Virus record (IMG/VR): IMGVR_UViG_3300045391_003317
Coordinates: 6,720-70,719 of that record
Strand: one strand, 5' to 3'
Source: a virus
Taxonomy: Duplodnaviria; Caudoviricetes
DNA length: 64,000 nucleotides
A program made the position numbers and the translations under genes. Positions within the stretch are counted from its first letter, which is position 1, and each line of letters opens with the position of its first letter. The notes beneath the pieces were generated by a model that was given only the letters and a program-made list of their open reading frames with translations, made no database searches and was not told the DNA's origin. Shown one piece after another: positions 19,410 through 29,077 of the stretch.

Positions 19410-20951
19410 ATGAGTCTCCAAATCCCAATCACGGGCGTTGCTCAGGACTACCGCGTCCCCGGGGCCTACGCGGAAATCATTTACGCCCAGGGCCAAGCCA
19501 ACGCGCCAGCAACTACACGCGAAGTAGTCCTCGTGATGCCGATGCTCACAACCGGCATCTGGACCGCAGCGACGCTCTACAAGATCAACAACGTCAAGGA
19601 CGCAGAGGACGGCGCGGGTCCAGGCTCGATGATCCATCGCGCGGCGCGCGTCTTTCTCGAAGTGAACAAGGACGCGAAGCTGTGGGCGCTTCCTGTTGCC
19701 GAGACTAGCGGCGGCTCGCCTGTTGCCGCAACCGCAACCGTAACCGTGGCTACGACTGCTACCGCAGCCGGCACAGCTACCGTCACGATCTGCGGCGAAG
19801 ATTGCGCATTTACGTTCAAGAGCGCCGATACCGTGACGACGATCGCCGCGGGACTGGTCGGCGTTATCAACGCGAAGACTTGGCTGCCGTGCACGGCCAA
19901 TAACGCTGCAGGCGTGATCACGCTTACTGCGAAGCTCAAGGGCATTAGCCAGGGCACAGCGACCGTCAGCGTCATCCGTCTTAGGGCGACAATCTCGACT
20001 GGCGTCACGACGACGATCACGACGAGCGGCGCATTCCTCGGAAGCGCAGTCGCCGGCGCCGAGGGTAGCACGACGGAAGCCGCGAATCTCGCGACCGCGC
20101 TCGTGACCATTGCCGCGACCCGCAAGTACTACGTGGTCAGTTCTTCGAACGATTCAACGAGCTGGACCAACATCAAGACGCACGTCACGACCAAGACGGA
20201 GCCGCGTCGTGGTCTGCGTTCGGTCGGAGTGGTCGCATACACGGGCACGCTCGCAGCAATGACGACGCTCGCGACCGGTCAGAATTACGAGCGCACGCGC
20301 GCCGCCTGGCAGAAAAATAGCGACTGGGATTGTGCCGCAATCGCCGCCAATTACGCGGCCGTCCTGCAAAAGCGCGAAGCGGTCGACAGTGCATACAACT
20401 TCGACAACTACTCGGGTCCAGACTGGCTCGTTCCGCCGGCATACAGCAACGCCGATTGGCCGACGAGTGACGACCTGAACGACGCGATCAGCGACGGCAT
20501 CACCGCGATCGCATCGAACGATGCGACCTCCTACATCGTCATGTCGTGCGCGACCCGTTCGAAGAACTCTACCGGAACGGTGGACGACTTCCGCGCCACG
20601 CAATCGCGCGTCGTGTCCGTGACCGACGAGTTCGTCGACGAAGCCTGCATCAACTTCGTGCTCAATCATGGCAGCAAGAAGTTTGCGGACGACGAGCGTC
20701 TTGCCGACGGATCCATCAATCCTAATCAGAAGTTCCTGCCGTCCGTGCTCAAGCCATCGCAGACGATTGCTGAGCTGCGCAAGCAAATGGACGAGTACGA
20801 GCTCGCCGCGAAGATTCAAGACGCGGACAAGACCAAAGAGAGCGTGCGCGCGGTGAAGACAGGCGGACGACTCGAGACCGGGTTCGATCTCGAAGTCATC
20901 AACTGGCTTGACCAGATGACGATGCGCGTCGCCGAAATCTCTAACGCCTAA
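19410..20951 (+). CDS. Tail sheath protein (Mu gpL-like)
   Basis: RVPGAYAEI N-terminus, A.DG.G.GS..H motif, 513 aa. Confidence 0.9.
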   Translation: MSLQIPITGVAQDYRVPGAYAEIIYAQGQANAPATTREVVLVMPMLTTGIWTAATLYKINNVKDAEDGAGPGSMIHRAARVFLEVNKDAKLWALPVAETSGGSPVAATATVTVATTATAAGTATVTICGEDCAFTFKSADTVTTIAAGLVGVINAKTWLPCTANNAAGVITLTAKLKGISQGTATVSVIRLRATISTGVTTTITTSGAFLGSAVAGAEGSTTEAANLATALVTIAATRKYYVVSSSNDSTSWTNIKTHVTTKTEPRRGLRSVGVVAYTGTLAAMTTLATGQNYERTRAAWQKNSDWDCAAIAANYAAVLQKREAVDSAYNFDNYSGPDWLVPPAYSNADWPTSDDLNDAISDGITAIASNDATSYIVMSCATRSKNSTGTVDDFRATQSRVVSVTDEFVDEACINFVLNHGSKKFADDERLADGSINPNQKFLPSVLKPSQTIAELRKQMDEYELAAKIQDADKTKESVRAVKTGGRLETGFDLEVINWLDQMTMRVAEISNA

Positions 20952-20989
20952 CCAGCGTTTCCGCGCACTGAAAAAGGAACGCGAGTTTC

Positions 20990-21364
20990 ATGGCAAATAT
21001 TCAGGACTACGCGCGCCTTCCTGTCTTTATGGATGGCAATTATCTGCAACAGATCACGTCCATCGATATCTCATGGGATGGCGGTTTGCAGCGTGTCGAT
21101 CTGCTGAACGAAGGGCTCGGCGGCTTCACGCCTGGCTCCGGAGCAGTGACGATCAACATCGGGTTCGCCGTTCCAATAGGCGGCACCGAGGCAGACTTCG
21201 TCGAGAATCTCGTCGATGGTGCGGTCGTGAAGATGCAAGTAGGCATCGGGCGAAAAGCATACATCGGTAGTGGCAAGATTCAGAACGCGAAGATTAGCCA
21301 ATCGGTGAATGCCAACGTCGAAGGCACGTGCGAGTGGATGGGCGAGTTCGATAAACCGAAGTAA
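20990..21364 (+). CDS. Tail tube protein
   Basis: 124 aa directly after sheath; GFTPG motif. Confidence 0.75.
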   Translation: MANIQDYARLPVFMDGNYLQQITSIDISWDGGLQRVDLLNEGLGGFTPGSGAVTINIGFAVPIGGTEADFVENLVDGAVVKMQVGIGRKAYIGSGKIQNAKISQSVNANVEGTCEWMGEFDKPK

Positions 21365-21502
21365 TCGCCTGAGAAGCGAGGCCGCTAGCAACCGGGTGGA
21401 AACGAGGCGGGCCGCGGAAAGTTACGGCCACGTGCGCACCGTTAGCGAGTCCACCCCTCGCGTCGGCTGAGCACGCGGCCGTTTTTGTTTTTGTCTGACA
21501 GC

Positions 21503-22261
21503 ATGGCAACCAACCAATTCAAAGGACCGCCCAAGGATATCCCGGCGACCGACCTTTTTCGAAAGCTCTGCGAACGTCCGCTACCGGGCGAGGTCATCGA
21601 CTTCGGCGGCGAGCTCGGGCGGCTGCGTGTGCAAGTGCTCCGATTGGAGCAGCATGACGACGCGCGAATGGCGGCGCATGCGTATTGCAAAGAAAAGCGC
21701 CGGCTGACCGACGACGAGTTTCGAACGCGCTACGGCGAAGAGTTGCTCGGCGACGCAACGGCGGCGGAGCTTATCGCGCTTGCCGTTACATTGCCGGATC
21801 CGATTGGCGGCGACGACGGAGATCGAGTCGTTTACCCGCGTGTTTTCCGCAACGGCGCTGACGTCAAACAGCTTTCGCCGGACGAGGTGACGTTACTCTT
21901 TGGCGCATACCTCAAGGTACAGCAGCGTTTTGGTCCGTACGAGCGGACCATGGATGACGTCGAGGTGAATGCCTGGGTCGAGCGCCTCATGGAGGGCGGC
22001 TCGGAGCTCCCTTTATCACTGCTCGCATCGCATCAGCGAGACGCATTGACTATGTCCTTGGCCGCTCGGGCCCTGTCCCTATCGTGCATCCTGTCTTCCC
22101 CGCCAGAGAGCTTGCCGAGCAACTTGGAATCCGCCCCCACGAGCTGGGTTTTGGGCACGTCCTCATCTTCCGAGCCTGCTGCCGAATCCACCGGCTCTGA
22201 CCGTGTCATCACCGCCGAAGAGGCGATGGAGGCGGCGAAGAATCTGATCGGCCGCGTCTGA
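21503..22261 (+). CDS. Tail assembly chaperone (candidate -1 frameshift site C CCT TTA at 22009)
   Basis: Between tube and tape measure; X XXY YYZ heptamer in frame. Confidence 0.7.
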   Translation: MATNQFKGPPKDIPATDLFRKLCERPLPGEVIDFGGELGRLRVQVLRLEQHDDARMAAHAYCKEKRRLTDDEFRTRYGEELLGDATAAELIALAVTLPDPIGGDDGDRVVYPRVFRNGADVKQLSPDEVTLLFGAYLKVQQRFGPYERTMDDVEVNAWVERLMEGGSELPLSLLASHQRDALTMSLAARALSLSCILSSPPESLPSNLESAPTSWVLGTSSSSEPAAESTGSDRVITAEEAMEAAKNLIGRV

Positions 22262-22265
22262 GTCG

Positions 22266-24545
22266 ATGCTCCTTCAATACGATCTCAGCGTCGTCGGCGC
22301 AAAAAACGTTGATCGTGCGCTCGCTAGCGTCGAGCATCGTCTCGTTCAGCATAATCGCTTTAGCGAGCGACTATTCGGCAAGCCGACATCGCGCACATCG
22401 ACTGCAGCCGGCGCATCGCGAGCGGCACAGCGCGAAACGAAGGCAGTCGCAAGCGCCGCGGGCACACTCGATAGGCAACGTTCGCAAGCACTCTACAAGC
22501 AATACCGCGACCGGGAACGGCTCGAGCAACGCGCAGTTAAGCAGCAATCTGCGGCCGCGTCGGCGCTTGACCGGCAACGTTCGACGGCACTCTTTCGCGA
22601 GTTCAAGGACCGCGAAAAACTTCAGCAGCGCCACGAACGCGAGTCGGTCCGCAACCGGCTGGCGCTGCATCGAGACTTTACCCGGCGGACCGGGCGAATC
22701 GTTTCGAACGTAGCCGGCACAGTTGGCGCTGTTGGAACCGCGGGACTGGCCGTAACTGGGCTCGCCGGCGGCGCACTCATCGCCAGCAAGCTCGCGGACG
22801 CAACGCAGCTCGAGAGACGACAGCGACAGGTTATTGTCAACGCGCGCGGCCCTGGTCAGCAGGGCGCGTTCAGCTACGAAGGACTACGCGAGCAAATCAA
22901 TCAGACGTCGATTTCATCGGGCATATCCGCGGCTGATCTAACCGGCGGCGTTGAAAAGTTCGTCCAGAAGACTGGAGACATCAAGACCGCCGTTGCGAAC
23001 ATGAAGATCTTCGCAACCACGGCGATGGCCACAGGCGCCAGCGTGGAGGATGTTTCGTCTGCGGCAGCTGATCTCGCCCAGAAGTTCAAAATCTCCAAGG
23101 TCGAGGACATGGCGGACGCGCTCGCCGTGCTCACCTTTCAAGGCAAAAAGGGCGCGTTTGAACTCCGCGATATGGCGGAGCAGTTCCCGGAGATGGCGGC
23201 GGCGGCAGAGCGCGCGGGGTTATCGGGAGCAGGCGGGCTTAAGACATTCGGCGGACTCGCGCAGATCGCGCGCGAGTCTACTGGTACTGGTGCCGAAGCA
23301 TCGACCGCCGTCCAGATGATGTTGACTCAGCTTGTACACGAGAGTGACAAGCTGAAAAGTGGCGAAGCGCTGGGCGGAAGAAAGGTAAACATCTTTACCG
23401 GCAAGGACGCGACGACACCGCTTAGAGATGTCCGCGAGGTTCTCGCTGATGTGATTTCATCATCACACGGCAACCTGCAGCAACTGCAAAACATCTTTGA
23501 CCAGCGAGGCATGAAGGCGGTATCGCCGATGATCGGCGTATATCGCAAAGCATCCGAAGCAGTTGGCGGAGGCAAGGCCGGAGAAACTGCGGGACGAGAG
23601 GCGATCCTTAAAATGATCGCTGAGCACTCTGATACCGGCGGAACATTCGCAGACGTTCAACGCGACGCGGCCGACATCATGAAGAGCAGCTCAGCGCAGC
23701 TCGAGATCCTCAATACGAAGCTCTCTGAAGCCATACAGGCGAAGCTATTGCCGGCCATGGTGCGGCTGATTCCGGTCGTCTCCGACGCGGTTCCCTACTT
23801 TGCTCGGCTCGTCGAGGGGCTCGCTTCGTTAGTCGATTGGTTGCACGAGAACCCGTGGAAAGGTCTCGGTGCCGTCGTTGCTGGAGTAATCACAAAAGAG
23901 CTTGTCATGGCCGGGCTCGGCATGGCAGCCGAGAAAGCTGTTGCGGCGGCGTTCAGCGCATCTCGTCTAGGCGGCGGCGTCGGCGGAACGGTCTCTGCGG
24001 GCGGAGGCGGCGGCTCACTTCCTACTGGTGGAGGCGGCGGCGGACTAGCCGGCGGCATCGTAGGAACCGCGCTCGCCGGTCTCACGATAGCCTCTTTGGC
24101 GGTCACCACATTCACCGCCGGCACACTCGTCATTGATCAGCTGGTCCAATCGAACAAGAAAGACGTCGAAGACCTCGTCAAGAGCCGCAATGCTCGCACG
24201 CCAGAAGAGATGCGGGCGGCACTGGCAGGCGACGAGCAACGACTTAACGAACTCAAAGCAAAGGGCACAGAGCCGTCTCCATGGCTAAAAATCGGCTCGG
24301 CGGCACTCGATGAGATACTCGGTTCCGGCGAAGGCGTTGGCGGCATCCGTGCGAAGTTTGGCGTTACAGAGAAGGACGTCCAAGAAGGCGTTGCCGCCGA
24401 GCAAAAGGCGAACACCGAAATGGTTAAGCAATTGACCGCCGAAATCGCGAACCTCAAGGCGCAACTATCAAAGCCGCTCCAAGTGGAAATGGCAGGCGTG
24501 GTACCGAATCGCGGCAACGCGCCGTCATCTCCGATTAAGGGCTAA
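22266..24545 (+). CDS. Tape measure protein
   Basis: 759 aa helical Ala/Gly-rich; GKKGAFELRDMA..FP core. Confidence 0.9.
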   Translation: MLLQYDLSVVGAKNVDRALASVEHRLVQHNRFSERLFGKPTSRTSTAAGASRAAQRETKAVASAAGTLDRQRSQALYKQYRDRERLEQRAVKQQSAAASALDRQRSTALFREFKDREKLQQRHERESVRNRLALHRDFTRRTGRIVSNVAGTVGAVGTAGLAVTGLAGGALIASKLADATQLERRQRQVIVNARGPGQQGAFSYEGLREQINQTSISSGISAADLTGGVEKFVQKTGDIKTAVANMKIFATTAMATGASVEDVSSAAADLAQKFKISKVEDMADALAVLTFQGKKGAFELRDMAEQFPEMAAAAERAGLSGAGGLKTFGGLAQIARESTGTGAEASTAVQMMLTQLVHESDKLKSGEALGGRKVNIFTGKDATTPLRDVREVLADVISSSHGNLQQLQNIFDQRGMKAVSPMIGVYRKASEAVGGGKAGETAGREAILKMIAEHSDTGGTFADVQRDAADIMKSSSAQLEILNTKLSEAIQAKLLPAMVRLIPVVSDAVPYFARLVEGLASLVDWLHENPWKGLGAVVAGVITKELVMAGLGMAAEKAVAAAFSASRLGGGVGGTVSAGGGGGSLPTGGGGGGLAGGIVGTALAGLTIASLAVTTFTAGTLVIDQLVQSNKKDVEDLVKSRNARTPEEMRAALAGDEQRLNELKAKGTEPSPWLKIGSAALDEILGSGEGVGGIRAKFGVTEKDVQEGVAAEQKANTEMVKQLTAEIANLKAQLSKPLQVEMAGVVPNRGNAPSSPIKG

Positions 24546-24547
24546 CC

Positions 24548-25444
24548 GTGTCCGACGTCCTAAAACTTCTCCCGCCATTCGAATGGCGCGGACAGAAGTA
24601 TCCGGTCACAGCACGCAACGTCGGATTTACGCACGAAAACGTCCAGCACCAGCTGCAATATCGAAACAACGCCCTAGTCGAGCAAACCGGCGCGCGCAAT
24701 CTGACGTTCTCGTACACGATCCCGATGCGACAAGACATCGCGCGGGGACCATATCGAAATCTATTTACCGAGGGGCTGATTACGCTCCTTCGTGACTGCC
24801 GAAACAAGGAGCCTGGCGACCTCGTCGATCCGCTCTATGGCGCATTCATTTGCACGCCTCAGGGCTACACTGACGAATCGGACGTCCAGAAACGAGACGG
24901 CACCGACATTCGCCTCGAGTTCATGCATGCGGATCCGTCCGAAGACGAGACGATCGATCCGCCGCGCATTAATGATATCAACCGAGACGCGGGCGCACTC
25001 GAAGAGGAACTAACCGCGATCGACTGGCATCAAGAACCGTCGCCGGAAGGCATGACGGATCCGCTGAGTGCGGTCGCTGGGCTCTTCAATCAGATCGATC
25101 AAGCGGGCAATCGCATCGTCGCCGGGCTGCACGATTACGCTTTTCGTCTAGAGAAAGTCGAACAGAGTCTAGACCGGCTCGAGAACCCGGAACATTGGGG
25201 CGTGCGACAGGTCGTTCGACGTCACCGTCTCGCCTCGCACGACATCGCCGACCGAGCAGCAAATCCGCAGCGCGAGATCGTGGTCATAACGACGCGCTAT
25301 GCGCGCTCAATTACGGCCGTTGCTGCCGAAATAGGCATCAGCACGGCGGAACTCATCCGCCTAAATCCAGCTTTCGCACGCAATCCAGTAGTCCCAGCTG
25401 GGGCGCAAGTGAGAGCCCCGCGCCGTGGCCGACCCGCAGCTTGA
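24548..25444 (+). CDS. Mu-like DNA circularisation/tube initiator protein with C-terminal LysM
   Basis: F.WRG.KYPV..VEQTG..N..F..G.L.DP.YG; SITAVAAEIGISTAELIRLNP. Confidence 0.8.
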   Translation: MSDVLKLLPPFEWRGQKYPVTARNVGFTHENVQHQLQYRNNALVEQTGARNLTFSYTIPMRQDIARGPYRNLFTEGLITLLRDCRNKEPGDLVDPLYGAFICTPQGYTDESDVQKRDGTDIRLEFMHADPSEDETIDPPRINDINRDAGALEEELTAIDWHQEPSPEGMTDPLSAVAGLFNQIDQAGNRIVAGLHDYAFRLEKVEQSLDRLENPEHWGVRQVVRRHRLASHDIADRAANPQREIVVITTRYARSITAVAAEIGISTAELIRLNPAFARNPVVPAGAQVRAPRRGRPAA

Positions 25445-26684
25445 AATCATGCTGGAGCTTCGCGGGCGCCGCCTGACGAACCTCACAAGCTGGTCACTCA
25501 ATAGCGCGTTCTTCACGTCGACGGACGGATTCAGCTTCACTGTCTACGATACCGATCGAAAGAATCTCCGCGGACTCGAGCTCGAACCGATCGAAGTCAT
25601 TCTCAACGGGCAAAGCCAAGGGCTCGGGCGCATCGACGTCACGACGACTGGCGACAACGGCAGCGCCGTTCACTGTCAGGGGCGTGACTACATCGCGGAC
25701 ATTGTCGAATGCAACATCGACCCATGGGTGCAGTTCAAAGAGGGGATGACGGTTTCGGACGCGATCGCCCTTGCGTGCGCGCCATGCGGGATCACAGGCG
25801 TCATTAGCGACGACGACGTTGCGTTAAGGAACATCCGGACCGGCAAAAGCATCGCGAGCACGAAGGCGCCGAAGAACTTCCGCGCCGCGAAGATGGATGA
25901 CTACAAGCCCAAACCGGGCGAGGGCATCTACGAGGTTTGTAATCGCATCGTCGCGCGACAGGGCGCAACTATTCAGCCGGCGGCGTCACGTACGCAACTT
26001 GTGCTAGCAGCGCCGCACTACAACCAAGAGCCCGCCTATCGTATCGAACGAACTGCAGACGGTTCGCACAACACGATCATCAGCGCGACCGCGACGCGCG
26101 ACTATTCAAGCTTTCCGACGTACACGCTGTTTCATGGCAGACAGAGCCGACCAGGCGAACCGCCCACGGTGATTTCATCGACAGATATCGTCACGGATGG
26201 CGGGGTTCGCGTTGAATCGTCGGTCGTAAAACCAGGCAAGGCAGGATCGAAATCAAGCGAGGGCTTCGACATGGAGGCATTTGCCTCCGCGTTCAGCTCC
26301 GAGATGTTCGGCATCCTGGACGGCACGATCGCCGAGGGACGCCAACGCCCCGACAAGGTAACGAGCAAACCGCCGAAGCTTTACCGATTGCTCTATCTGG
26401 ACGACAAGGACGCGCGAAATCTCGATCAGATTTACTACGGCGCCAAACGAGCGATCGCGGAGCGGCTCAAGGACACACTGTCCTATCGCGTGCGCATCCC
26501 TGGCGTCATCGATTCAGTGAGCGGCGCGGTGTGGTCGGTCGACACGATGGTTCACGTTATCGACGAGATCTGCGGCATTGACGAGACGCTTTGGATATCG
26601 GAACGCACGTTGAGTTTCGATCCTGGCTCGGGCGCGACGACGGAGCTCGTATGTTGGAGACCGGAAAGCTTTCAGGTGGAATAA
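25425..26684 (+). CDS. Baseplate hub (Mu gp44-like)
   Basis: DGFSFTV, GRIDV, GRDYIADIVEC, W..DT.V.VIDEICGIDE. Confidence 0.85.
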   Translation: MADPQLEIMLELRGRRLTNLTSWSLNSAFFTSTDGFSFTVYDTDRKNLRGLELEPIEVILNGQSQGLGRIDVTTTGDNGSAVHCQGRDYIADIVECNIDPWVQFKEGMTVSDAIALACAPCGITGVISDDDVALRNIRTGKSIASTKAPKNFRAAKMDDYKPKPGEGIYEVCNRIVARQGATIQPAASRTQLVLAAPHYNQEPAYRIERTADGSHNTIISATATRDYSSFPTYTLFHGRQSRPGEPPTVISSTDIVTDGGVRVESSVVKPGKAGSKSSEGFDMEAFASAFSSEMFGILDGTIAEGRQRPDKVTSKPPKLYRLLYLDDKDARNLDQIYYGAKRAIAERLKDTLSYRVRIPGVIDSVSGAVWSVDTMVHVIDEICGIDETLWISERTLSFDPGSGATTELVCWRPESFQVE

Positions 26685-26854
26685 TGGGACCTGTCAAGCC
26701 TGGCGAGGGAGTCTACGAGGTTTGCGGTCGACTCGCTAAACACAACCGTAGCGTGCGTGAATTGACGCGACCATTGCCAATTGTGAATTGGAAAGCGCTT
26801 TGCATCGGGTTGCTACTTGGACAGTTGTTCGTACTCGCAATCAGTAGGCTTTAG
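26684..26854 (+). CDS. 56-aa C-terminally anchored membrane protein carrying a copy of a hub motif
   Basis: TAATG overlap; KPGEGVYEVCGR vs hub KPGEGIYEVCNR; hydrophobic C-terminus. Confidence 0.6.
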   Translation: MGPVKPGEGVYEVCGRLAKHNRSVRELTRPLPIVNWKALCIGLLLGQLFVLAISRL

Positions 26855-27499
26855 ATGTCCGTCGCCGAATGGGAGCTAGCGTTCGTTAGCGCATCGAAGC
26901 TTGCGAGCGAGAGCGGCGCCGTCGTCTGGGAACCGTACATCCAGGTCGGCTCGAAAGATGACGACGTGCGCCCGTTCGGACCGAGTGATGTCTTTCAGGG
27001 GCTCGGGTTCGCGTCAATGCCGTATGGCAAAGACGAGAAGGGATACGCCGAGTGTCTCGTTGCTCAGATCGGTGGACGTTGCATCGCGATCGGTGGTCGC
27101 GACACGCGCACCGCGAACGTCATCGGTAACCTAAAGCCTGGCGACACCTGCGTTCACTCGACCGGTCCGCAGCAAGCCGCGCAATTGCAGCTCAAGGAAG
27201 AGAAGCGGCAATGCGTGATGCGCACGAAAGATAAGCAAGGTAAAGACATGATCGCCATGTTGGACGGCGTGAATGAAAAGATTCAAGTCTCCGGCATGGG
27301 GCTGATGCTCGAAGGCTCACGCGAAAATGGTTGGAACATCGCCGAGCCAGGCGGCGCAGCGATTCAGCTGCACGGCGGCAAGGTGATTTTCACCGGAACC
27401 GTGATGCTTTCACGCACGCCTACGGGCCTCGTTGTCGTTGCGCCAATCCCCGCAACGCCTCCGATTAACGGTGCGCCGGCGCCAGGAGTCTACGCTTGA
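26855..27499 (+). CDS. Baseplate spike (Mu gp45-like)
   Basis: QGLGFASMP, RDTR, LKPGDTCVHS. Confidence 0.75.
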   Translation: MSVAEWELAFVSASKLASESGAVVWEPYIQVGSKDDDVRPFGPSDVFQGLGFASMPYGKDEKGYAECLVAQIGGRCIAIGGRDTRTANVIGNLKPGDTCVHSTGPQQAAQLQLKEEKRQCVMRTKDKQGKDMIAMLDGVNEKIQVSGMGLMLEGSRENGWNIAEPGGAAIQLHGGKVIFTGTVMLSRTPTGLVVVAPIPATPPINGAPAPGVYA

Positions 27500-27801
27500 G
27501 CCGCTGCAGCTTCGATCTGCCGACGATTGCGATCCCGTTCCCCTCGATTCAATTTCCGCCAGACCTGCCGGCAATCCCCGGATTCACGATCGATCTTGAC
27601 GTCGATCTCGAGCTGCCGAGCATCTCGATCCCATTTCCGTCGATTCAGTTCCCGCCGGAGCTACCGCAGATTCCGGGGTTTACCATTGATCTCGACGTGA
27701 GCATCGACCTGCCGAGCATCACGATACCCTTCCCGACTATCGAGTTCCCGCCGAGCTTGCCGGCGATCCCGAGCTTCGAAATTTCGTGCCCGTTCGACTG
27801 A
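27496..27801 (+). CDS. Three-repeat Pro/Ile/Phe-rich protein (candidate spike tip)
   Basis: 3 x about 32 aa LP.I.IPFP.I.FPP.LP.IP.F.I; TTGA overlap. Confidence 0.65.
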   Translation: MSRCSFDLPTIAIPFPSIQFPPDLPAIPGFTIDLDVDLELPSISIPFPSIQFPPELPQIPGFTIDLDVSIDLPSITIPFPTIEFPPSLPAIPSFEISCPFD

Positions 27802-27807
27802 GTCGAA

Positions 27808-28560
27808 TTATTGGCACTTCTCGCATGCGGTAACAGTACTGTGCTCGTAATGCACCCAGACAGGTCTTTCGGGATCTGGGCGAATGAATATCCAGTGGTC
27901 CTGCAAGTTGATCGCATCAAGACACCCTTCGGTCCACGTGACGCCTTCGCATGTAGAGAACGAGGACGTCACATCTGTAAAGGCGACATGAGTTCCGGGC
28001 TCCGCGGTTAGCCGCATGCATCCCGCCGGAACGGGCATGGATACGGTCGCTTCACCGTTGCAAAAGACGCAGTCGTGACCAATTGGGGCGATGAGTAAGT
28101 ACCCGTCTGAACCAGGCACCGGCCAGTGGCAGTCGTCTGTAGGGCATTCAGGGCCAGGCGTGCCACATATGCCGTCGCAGTCGAATACGAGCGGAACACT
28201 CGGCACGCTCGCGCAAAAGTCCGGAGCATCCGCGGCATCGGTCGACTGGGTCAATCCGTTCGCATCGGCATTGCTACCTGAATCTATCGCAACACTCACC
28301 CCCGAATCGATGAGCACGACGGCATCCGCGCTTCCCGCTTCGGCGCTTGGCGGCTGAGTCACCGTCGCATCATCAGCGGGCTCGGGCGCGAGAGTCGGCG
28401 AGACGCCAGCATCTGGAGCAGCGTCAACGGCATCGCTTGCTACCACATTCGAGCTCTGCCCCCCGTCATACGAGACCGCCCGAGCGCGCACCGTTCCAAA
28501 GTCTTTGCCTGAGCACGCGCATGCGCCGAGTACGCCAAGCGCCAAAAGAATCCTTTGCAT
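27808..28560 (-). CDS. Cys-rich lipoprotein (moron) antisense to the tail operon
   Basis: Signal MQRILLALGVLGAC; Asp/Ala/Pro linker; many Cys in the C-terminal domain. Confidence 0.75.
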   Translation of the reverse strand: MQRILLALGVLGACACSGKDFGTVRARAVSYDGGQSSNVVASDAVDAAPDAGVSPTLAPEPADDATVTQPPSAEAGSADAVVLIDSGVSVAIDSGSNADANGLTQSTDAADAPDFCASVPSVPLVFDCDGICGTPGPECPTDDCHWPVPGSDGYLLIAPIGHDCVFCNGEATVSMPVPAGCMRLTAEPGTHVAFTDVTSSFSTCEGVTWTEGCLDAINLQDHWIFIRPDPERPVWVHYEHSTVTACEKCQ

Positions 28561-28632
28561 AACCGCTCAGTGTGCGCTTCGCGCGCGAGAACGCAACGGC
28601 TGTGCCCCCGTTCAGCCGTGAAAACGTAGAAA

Positions 28633-29070
28633 ATGGCCGGCTTTGCACAGATGGCGTTCGCCAGTACGCCCTTCGGCTTAGGTACTCCAGCGACACTCAC
28701 GGCGCCGCCGACGGGCGATTCTGGCTGCCGGTACATCAATCCGGCTACCCGGGACTATCAGCAGGACTCAGAGAGTCTCCAACTCGCGCAGATGCCACCG
28801 TTGCGCCAACGGGTGCTGCTCGCGCTGATGACGCTCCGCCGTTCCTCGACTGCCGTGCGCAACTTTGGCATTGGTCTACCAAGCAAAATCGGTACGACCT
28901 TCGAAGCCGAGATGCGCTCGCGAGTGCAGCAAGCTCTCCGCCACCTGACCGAGCTCGAGCAGGCGATGATCATCGATCGAATCGACGTCGAGCACGCCGG
29001 CGGACGAGGACGAGTCACGGTCTCTTACACAGACATGATGACCGGCGTCCCTGACCAGGTCTCGATCTGA
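28633..29070 (+). CDS. Baseplate wedge/sheath initiator (gp25/Mu gp46-like)
   Basis: QRVLLAL..RRSS....FG; QQALRHL; upstream of baseplate J. Confidence 0.75.
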   Translation: MAGFAQMAFASTPFGLGTPATLTAPPTGDSGCRYINPATRDYQQDSESLQLAQMPPLRQRVLLALMTLRRSSTAVRNFGIGLPSKIGTTFEAEMRSRVQQALRHLTELEQAMIIDRIDVEHAGGRGRVTVSYTDMMTGVPDQVSI

Positions 29071-29077
29071 GCCAGCG

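Noticed and set aside
19577-20819. Antisense ORFs over the sheath, and similar ones over tape measure, fibre and RecT
   Set aside because: Reverse-frame shadows of well-supported genes
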